DNA from: Thermoanaerobaculia bacterium
Lineage (GTDB): Bacteria; Acidobacteriota; Thermoanaerobaculia; Gp7-AA8
Reading direction: 5' to 3'
DNA length: 64,000 bases
NCBI GenBank assembly: GCA_036385045.1
Contig: DASVLC010000369.1
Coordinates: 1,493 to 65,492 of the forward strand
The translations under genes and the position numbers were made by a program. Positions 58,535 through 64,000 of the stretch are shown here, piece after piece (the stretch's first letter is position 1; every line of letters starts with the position of its first letter). The notes below the pieces were generated by a model. The model had not been told where the DNA came from. It searched no databases and was given only the letters and a program-made list of their open reading frames with translations.

Positions 58535-58620
58535 CTGTCATCCCGAGCCGCCGCAGCCCCGGGGGTGGGTGGGAGTGTGGGAGGGGCGAAGGACGGAGAG
58601 GGATCCCTTGCCGACGACCC
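58535..58620 (-). repeat. family-A repeat, copy 6
   Basis: ctgtcatcccgagccgccgcagccccgggggtgggtgggagtgtgggaggggcgaaggacggagagggatcccttgccgacgaccc. Confidence 0.9.
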
Positions 58621-58787
58621 CGCGCGGGTACGGAGCGCGCGGTGCCCTGGCGCGACCCCGCGCGACCCCCAAGGGATCGTCGTACTGCCGGTGGAACCAG
58701 CGCCGCCACCACATCGCCCGGTGCTACTCTCTGACGTGCGAACTCCGCGGCGAGCACGCTCGTAGCGTCTCATGCCGTGAGAACCTG

Positions 58788-59372
58788 ATGCTATTTAGGA
58801 ATGACGTTCTGGAGAGTATCCGGGCCGGCGCGATCACAGTCGCGTTCAGACGATGGCGGAAGCCCTCCGTTCGCGCCGGGAGCACACTGCTTACTTCGGT
58901 CGGACAACTCACGATCAAGTCCGTAACGAAGATCGCATTGACCCAGATCTCCAAAGAGGACGCTCACCTCGCTGGGTACCAATCACGGGAGGCGTTGCTC
59001 GAAGAGCTGCAGCGACGGCCTGAGGGCGAGGTCTATCGGATTGAACTCGGCCCGCTGCGTCCAGACCCCCGCATCGCGCTACGCAAGTTGCCGGCTACAG
59101 AGCTCGAGTCCCACGCTTTGCGCGATCGGCTGCATCGCCTGGATGTCCGAGCAAGCGATGGTGCGTGGACTCTCTCCGTGCTGCGAGTCCTGAGCTCTCA
59201 TTCGGGTGTTCGCGCCGGTGACTTGTGCCATCTCGTCGGACAGGAGAAGGAGCAGTTCAAACTGAACGTACGGAAGTTGAAGAATCTTGGGCTCGTCGAA
59301 AGCCTCCAAACAGGCTACCGATTATCGCCCCGCGGAGAAGCTCTGCTCAAAGCGCTGCTTTTCGAAAGCTGA
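58788..59372 (+). CDS. ASCH-domain protein with C-terminal winged-helix
   Basis: Trimmed to 'MLFRNDVLESIRAGAITVAFRRWRKPSVRAGSTL' (ASCH-like). The C-terminal 'VRAGDLCHLVGQEKEQFKLNVRKLKNLGLVESLQTGYRLSPRG' is MarR/wHTH-like. Confidence 0.65.
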   Translation: MLFRNDVLESIRAGAITVAFRRWRKPSVRAGSTLLTSVGQLTIKSVTKIALTQISKEDAHLAGYQSREALLEELQRRPEGEVYRIELGPLRPDPRIALRKLPATELESHALRDRLHRLDVRASDGAWTLSVLRVLSSHSGVRAGDLCHLVGQEKEQFKLNVRKLKNLGLVESLQTGYRLSPRGEALLKALLFES

Positions 59373-59397
59373 CGATGCCAGATGACGACCCTGCGTT

Positions 59398-60234
59398 TCA
59401 CGAGGCGGTCGCTTCCACGTACGCCATCGGGATCGTGAGCGAGAGGCCGCCGTTCTTGCGGGCGAGGAGATCGAGTCGATCCTGAAGCTGCGAGAAGGTC
59501 GCAACCTCCGATCCGGCGACGACGCTCTTCCATCCTGCGAGGAATCCCAGACGAATGAAGTAGTGATGCAGCAACGACGTGCCGCTGGCGAAACGCATGC
59601 TCGCGGTGCGCTCGATGACGCGAGTGACCATGAATCCACCGCGCTCGAGAAGTGCGCAGGTGCCGTCTACAGTTGCGCGGCCCGCGATGTGGTCGTCGAG
59701 GCGCCGGAGCGCCGCCTCTTCTTCGGCATCGGCCAGAACATCACGCAACACGTCGTAGAACTCGCTCATGTGGCCTTGCAGGTTCGTGGTCAGCGCGAGA
59801 GTGGCTTCGTCACGGGCCACACGCCGGCATTCGCGTACCACCGCAGGAGCATCAGGAAAGTTGTTCAGCCCAAGATTCGACACGATGAGGTCGAACGTCT
59901 GATCGGCGAAAGGCATCGCGGCGCCCGAGGCTTCGTGGAGCGTCACGTTAGGGGTCGCCCGGGCCGTGAGCTTCTCGCGCGCTCGCACCAGCGCCGCGCT
60001 CCAGGGGTCGACGCCATGCACATGTGCCGAGGGGCCGAGACGGTCCGCAAGCTCAATGAGTGGGAACCCGGTGCCGCATCCCACGTCGAGGGCAACATGC
60101 ATATCCGCAAGCGGTACGTGCTCGAGCAGGAACAGGCCGAACATCGCGGACCAGAGCGGAAGCTCGTCGTACACGCCTACGACGGCAGCGGAGGAGAGAT
60201 CGACTTCGCCGTGCAGGTAGTCCAGGCGATGCAT
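59398..60234 (-). CDS. class I SAM-dependent methyltransferase
   Basis: Motif I is 'ALDVGCGTGFPLIELA', and post-I is 'FDLIVSNLGLNNF'. Confidence 0.85.
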   Translation of the reverse strand: MHRLDYLHGEVDLSSAAVVGVYDELPLWSAMFGLFLLEHVPLADMHVALDVGCGTGFPLIELADRLGPSAHVHGVDPWSAALVRAREKLTARATPNVTLHEASGAAMPFADQTFDLIVSNLGLNNFPDAPAVVRECRRVARDEATLALTTNLQGHMSEFYDVLRDVLADAEEEAALRRLDDHIAGRATVDGTCALLERGGFMVTRVIERTASMRFASGTSLLHHYFIRLGFLAGWKSVVAGSEVATFSQLQDRLDLLARKNGGLSLTIPMAYVEATAS

Positions 60235-60313
60235 GCCGCATCGTAAACGATGGTCGGGGGCGCGCCCCTCAGTCCGGTTGCGGGAGGTGACGCGTCTGGA
60301 TTGATAGAATCCT

Positions 60314-60772
60314 GTGCCTGTGACTATGGAGGGGTCGATGTCTGCCGGAGCGATGCAGTGGTATCGATCAAAAGTCGACTGGTGGCTCGCCCTGATCCTG
60401 TGTGTGCCGCCCGTAGCGTCGATTGCGGTCGTAGCGTCCGGGTTGCCGTGGGGAGTGGCGTCGGGCTTGTTCGTCCTAGGCCTTTACGCAGGACTGATCT
60501 TTCCCATGCGGTACGGAGTGGATGACACCGAACTGCTCGTAAGATTCGGCCTCTGCCGCAGACGGATTCCTCTGGCCAGCATCTCCGAGGTGCGGCCGAC
60601 TCGCAATCCGCTGAGTTCTCCCGCGCTTTCACTCGATCGACTGCACGTGCAGTTTGGAGACGGCATCTTCAGCGAAGTGATGATCTCCCCGGCGGATCGC
60701 AACGGTTTTCTGGACGCCATCGCTCGCAAGGCCGGGCTGAAACGTGAGGGAGACCGCCTGGTCCGGCTGTAA
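60314..60772 (+). CDS. membrane protein with bacterial PH (bPH)-like domain
   Basis: Two TM segments are followed by 'ISEVRPTRNPLSSPALSLDRLHVQFG'. The start codon is uncertain. Confidence 0.6.
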   Translation: MPVTMEGSMSAGAMQWYRSKVDWWLALILCVPPVASIAVVASGLPWGVASGLFVLGLYAGLIFPMRYGVDDTELLVRFGLCRRRIPLASISEVRPTRNPLSSPALSLDRLHVQFGDGIFSEVMISPADRNGFLDAIARKAGLKREGDRLVRL

Positions 60773-60785
60773 TCTCGAGACGCCC

Positions 60786-62129
60786 TTACTTTTCCAACAT
60801 CTCCACCGCGCCATCGACTTCGAGAACGAAGCGTCCACGACCCGTGGAGACGATGCGGAGGTCGGGGCACTTCTCGCTGAGACGGCGGCGGAGCAGGATC
60901 AGACGGCTCTCGAGGTTGTCCTTGACCGGCGGCAGGCCGAGGTGCGGGTCGAGGCGAAGTTCGCGATTCGTGAACTCGCGCCGCCCCTCCTGCCGCCAGG
61001 CTCGCATCAGCTTCCAGAGGATCCGGCCCGGGACGTTGCGAATCAGGTAGTCGCCGTCGATGAAGACGCAGTCATCATTCACGTAGTAGGTGAGCGTACG
61101 CCGGCGGCCCTGGACGGCTGGCTCGTTCTTCACGGCAATCGCCGGGGCGTCTACTTCGATCTCTTCGTCGGACATTCGATCGATGCCGAGCGCAATCTGA
61201 TTGCCGATGACTTCGAGGTACGACTCGTGCCACTCCCCGAAGCCCGCCGGCTCGCGATCCTCGACGACGAGTACGCCGACGAGGCGATCGCAGAGCTGAA
61301 GCGGGATCACCAGGACGCTCTGCGCGTCGGAAAGGCCGGGAAGCGGAATCTCCGGATCAACGGTTCCGCTTTCGCGGCGGACAGCGCGCCCGTACCTGAG
61401 ACTCGCATCGAGTCCAGTCAGCCGAACGACACGCCGCTCGTTCGCCGCCACGCCAATCACTCCCCGCCCCGGTTCGACCTCGGCACCGACGCCGCTCGTC
61501 CCGTAACCACGGCTGGCAATCGTCACGAGCCGTCCGATCGAGTCGTCATGCAGCAGCACCATCGAATGAGTGAACCCGAAGTAGCTCTCGAGCGCCTCGA
61601 GGACGATGTCGAGGAGGGAGTCGAGATCGGAAGCGCGGTTGATCTGCTCAGAGACGTACTGCAGCCCGCGAATCTCATTGCGGATGCCGTCGATCGAGAT
61701 TCCAGCATCGGGCTCTGCCGCGATCCCCGTCAGAAAGCCCTCCACCTTCTCCACATGCAGAACTTCGAAGACGTCGGCGCCGATGAGCCTGAAGACACCT
61801 GACATTCCGGTGTGCGAGGCGATCGCTTCGATGCGCGCCGACATCGTGTCGAACAGCGCGCCGCTCTTCTCCGAGCGGAGAAACTTCAGATGGAGCCGGT
61901 ACGACTGGAAGGTCACCGGGTCGTGCATCTCGGCGCAGGCGCGCGGATTCTCGTCGAGGTTCCGACTCGTCTTGTTGAAGAACTGCCGCGAGAGCGCTAC
62001 GTGCCGGTCGTCGATCAGATGGATCTGGCTGGCATAGGTGACGTTCGGCATGCCGCGGACGTCGCAGGTGCCGATGATGCTCGGGATCACACCCTGAAAA
62101 CAGCGCCAGATCGAAGCGAGAGGGATCAT
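60786..62129 (-). CDS. PNPOx-like + GAF + OmpR/PhoB-type winged-helix fusion protein
   Basis: The N-terminal 'GTCDVRGMPNVTYASQIHLIDDRHVALSRQFFNKT' is a split-barrel flavin-binding type. A central GAF-like region follows. The C-terminal 'ILWKLMRAWRQEGRREFTNRELRLDPHLG...LESRLILLRRRL...IVSTGRGRFVL' matches the OmpR-type wHTH pattern. Confidence 0.7.
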   Translation of the reverse strand: MIPLASIWRCFQGVIPSIIGTCDVRGMPNVTYASQIHLIDDRHVALSRQFFNKTSRNLDENPRACAEMHDPVTFQSYRLHLKFLRSEKSGALFDTMSARIEAIASHTGMSGVFRLIGADVFEVLHVEKVEGFLTGIAAEPDAGISIDGIRNEIRGLQYVSEQINRASDLDSLLDIVLEALESYFGFTHSMVLLHDDSIGRLVTIASRGYGTSGVGAEVEPGRGVIGVAANERRVVRLTGLDASLRYGRAVRRESGTVDPEIPLPGLSDAQSVLVIPLQLCDRLVGVLVVEDREPAGFGEWHESYLEVIGNQIALGIDRMSDEEIEVDAPAIAVKNEPAVQGRRRTLTYYVNDDCVFIDGDYLIRNVPGRILWKLMRAWRQEGRREFTNRELRLDPHLGLPPVKDNLESRLILLRRRLSEKCPDLRIVSTGRGRFVLEVDGAVEMLEK

Positions 62130-62587
62130 CGCAGCGCGGACCCCGCCCGCGGCCCGGGTGTCTGGTCGTAGGCTTCTTCGATCTTCAGCTCGAGCGCGAA
62201 GGCCGGCCAGTGCGCAACGCCTCGAAAGATCCGTCGCGGCAGTCCGACGTCGTCAAGGACGTCTGCGAACTCGTTGAGCCTCTGCCGGACGAACGATGCC
62301 TCGTCGTCCGACGCCATCCGGATCGCCTCGACCGTTCCTTTCAGCTGCAGGCCGACGTGCTCGACGATCCGCGTGATCATTACTGAAAGCTTCTTCGTGC
62401 TCGCGGCATTGGCGATGACGTCGCGGCTCGTGGCTAAGGGGACGTAGACGATGGCGCGCTGCAGCGCGGCGTCAGTGCTCACCGCAATACCGCGGCAGCA
62501 GGCCGGCACGGCATCGGGGCCGGCACTTCCAACCAGCACCGACGTACCGCCGCCAGTCGCACAGCGGAGAAGCCGTTCGTCGATCAC
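62126..62587 (-). CDS. pyridoxamine 5'-phosphate oxidase-family (FMN-binding split barrel) protein
   Basis: Sequence character only, and the call is tentative. Its stop overlaps the downstream gene's start by 4 nt (ATGA coupling). Confidence 0.55.
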   Translation of the reverse strand: MIDERLLRCATGGGTSVLVGSAGPDAVPACCRGIAVSTDAALQRAIVYVPLATSRDVIANAASTKKLSVMITRIVEHVGLQLKGTVEAIRMASDDEASFVRQRLNEFADVLDDVGLPRRIFRGVAHWPAFALELKIEEAYDQTPGPRAGSALR

Positions 62588-62637
62588 GTTAAGTCGTGAT
62601 TGTACGGCGGTTCTTACGAAGTGTTTAGGGTTTCAGC

Positions 62638-62697
62638 AGAAACTCTGCTCCGGCAAAAGGAAACTCTTCCGAAGCGCATAGGGAACTCTTAGGAAGC
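62638..62697 (+). promoter_or_regulatory. three phased direct repeats (G[A/G]AACTCT-N3-[C/G][C/A][G/A]) in a divergent promoter region
   Basis: AACTCT occurs at 62641, 62662 and 62684, a spacing of 21 and 22 nt. The repeats read gaaactctgctccgg, gaaactcttccgaag and ggaactcttaggaag. They lie between the 62587(-) and 62750(+) starts. Confidence 0.5.
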
Positions 62698-62749
62698 ATC
62701 CGCGCGGCGCAACCGTACATTGCAATCAGTTGACAGCAAGGAGATCGCA

Positions 62750-63355
62750 ATGAGCACCCGACAGAGAACTTTCACCGCCGTAGTCATTGTCTTCGCCGTC
62801 GTATTTGCGCTTGCGCTCGTGGTGGCGCCTTTCGCTTCGGCAAGGAAGAACAGCCCGTCGCCGGAGGCGCTGCAGAAGCAGCGCGTGGAGCGAGGCGAGT
62901 ACATCGTCATGACCTCGGGCTGCCATGACTGCCACACACCGTGGAAGATGGGCGCCGAGGGACCCGAGCCCGACATGTCGCTTGCACTCTCCGGCCATCC
63001 CGAGGCGCTCGTCATGCCGCCGGCACCGGATCTCGGCGGCGGAGAGTGGGTCTGGGCCGGTAGCGGAACGAATACCGCCTTTGCCGGTCCGTGGGGCGTG
63101 AGCTTCACCGCCAACCTGACTCCCGAGCCGTTGACCGGAATCGGGATCTGGACCGAGGACATCTTCATCAACACGATCCGCAGCGGCCGGCACTGGGGCG
63201 TGTCGCGTCCGATCCTGCCGCCGATGCCGTGGCAGGTCTACCGGAACATGACCGACGAGGACCTGAAATCGCTCTTCGCGTATCTCCAGACGCTGAAGCC
63301 GATTCAGAACCAGGTACCCGAGCCGCTTCCTCCCGCCGGGCAACCACCGGTGTGA
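62750..63355 (+). CDS. c-type cytochrome (single CxxCH seen)
   Basis: Trimmed to the ATG 7 nt after AAGGAG. The signal/TM segment is 'FTAVVIVFAVVFALALVVAPFASA' and the heme motif is 'TSGCHDCH'. Confidence 0.8.
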   Translation: MSTRQRTFTAVVIVFAVVFALALVVAPFASARKNSPSPEALQKQRVERGEYIVMTSGCHDCHTPWKMGAEGPEPDMSLALSGHPEALVMPPAPDLGGGEWVWAGSGTNTAFAGPWGVSFTANLTPEPLTGIGIWTEDIFINTIRSGRHWGVSRPILPPMPWQVYRNMTDEDLKSLFAYLQTLKPIQNQVPEPLPPAGQPPV

Positions 63356-63425
63356 GCTACGATCGATGATGGCGAGTCAGGTGCGTGGACCGGGAAAGGA
63401 CGCTGTGCATCCGCCTGGCAAGTGC

Positions 63426-63485
63426 GTTACGGAGTACGCAGCTTGCCAGGCCCCTCGCATGCCCACCCACCCGCTCGGTGTGACG
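63426..63485 (+). repeat. family-C repeat, copy 3
   Basis: gttacggagtacgcagcttgccaggcccctcgcatgcccacccacccgctcggtgtgacg is followed by cctgtcatccgcctgtcatcccgagcc. Confidence 0.85.
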
Positions 63486-63574
63486 TCCCGGCCTGTCATC
63501 CGCCTGTCATCCCGAGCCAGGGACGGCGAGGCCCCGCGACTGGGAAAAAGAAACTGAGATTCGACTCCCAGTGA

Positions 63575-63796
63575 GCCGCGTAGCGGCTTCGGATGGTAGC
63601 CGGGGGTCTGAGCGCGGAAGCGCTCAGACCCCCGGTCACCGTTGCAAGACAGTGTGCCGCATCGCGGCACCGGACCACCACCATGCCGGGTGTCTGTCCG
63701 GTGCCGCTACGCGGCACACTTTTTTTCGGGATCCTTCCGGGGGTGCTCCGCTTCCGCTTCGCACCCCCGGCTACCATCCGGCTGCCGCTACGCGGC
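63575..63796. repeat. family-D nested-palindrome element, copy 2 (inverted relative to copy 1)
   Basis: It has the same termini (gccgcgtagcggc-ttc-ggatggtagcc ... ggctaccatcc-ggct-gccgctacgcggc). The same internal hairpins appear in swapped order, and the central hairpin is different. Confidence 0.85.
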
Positions 63797-63836
63797 GCTG
63801 AAACCCGCATAAACACTGGAAGTTTCCTAGTTAGAA

Positions 63837-63908
63837 GCCGCCGGAGCCCCGGGGCGGGTGTGTGGGTGTGAGGCGCGGAGGACGGAGAGGGATCCTTGCC
63901 GACGACCC
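63837..63908 (-). repeat. family-A repeat, copy 7 (lacks the GTCATCCCGAGC end)
   Basis: gccgccggagccccggggcgggtgtgtgggtgtgaggcgcggaggacggagagggatccttgccgacgaccc. Confidence 0.8.
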
Positions 63909-64000
63909 ACGATCGAGCGATTTGCATGCCTTATCGCACGAAGCACTTTGATCAAGTGTCCGCGCATTACACTAACGCCGTGGAGCTGAAAAAGCAGGCA

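Overview
High-G+C bacterial chromosomal segment. Gene content and the GTCATCCCGAGC-type intergenic repeats fit an Acidobacteriota-like soil bacterium, but the phylum cannot be proven from this window. I support about 57 protein-coding genes and one tRNA-Pro(GGG). I see no rRNA, CRISPR array, transposase or integrase. Most genes are housekeeping: slt-like lytic transglycosylase, yigZ, mpg, inositol monophosphatase, mazG, nadB, trmFO, cdd, tgt, yajC-secD-secF, hutU and rocD. There are also many secreted, TPR and lipoprotein genes of unknown function. Four things stand out. (1) A same-strand NfeD/YqiJ-like, flotillin and 1,746-aa single-P-loop ATPase locus (1979-10214) has an essentially uncharacterised giant third gene. 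This is my best candidate for an undescribed system, but the functional link is inference only. (2) Almost every long intergenic region is filled with modular repeats. These include families sharing a GTCAYCCYGAGC terminus and G-quadruplex-type G-tracts, nested palindromes built from GTA/TAC-triloop hairpins, and composite elements whose inverted termini are short tandem oligonucleotide arrays. (3) A small accessory island between hutU and rocD (48.6-53.7 kb) carries a decayed mazEF-like module and a visibly lower-GC 3-kb segment bounded by a perfect 22-bp inverted repeat. It also carries a degenerate 19-20-nt motif array, two paralogous small HTH ORFs in about 500-bp tandem units, and a DUF4160/DUF2442/DUF2442 cluster. 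(4) Several domain fusions are unusual: a sigma-54 activator with a roughly 900-aa N-terminal region, a GHMP kinase with an unknown C-terminal half, and a PNPOx-GAF-OmpR-type winged-helix protein next to phased direct repeats. All functional calls rest on motifs read by eye from the supplied translations. No database search or computation was run.
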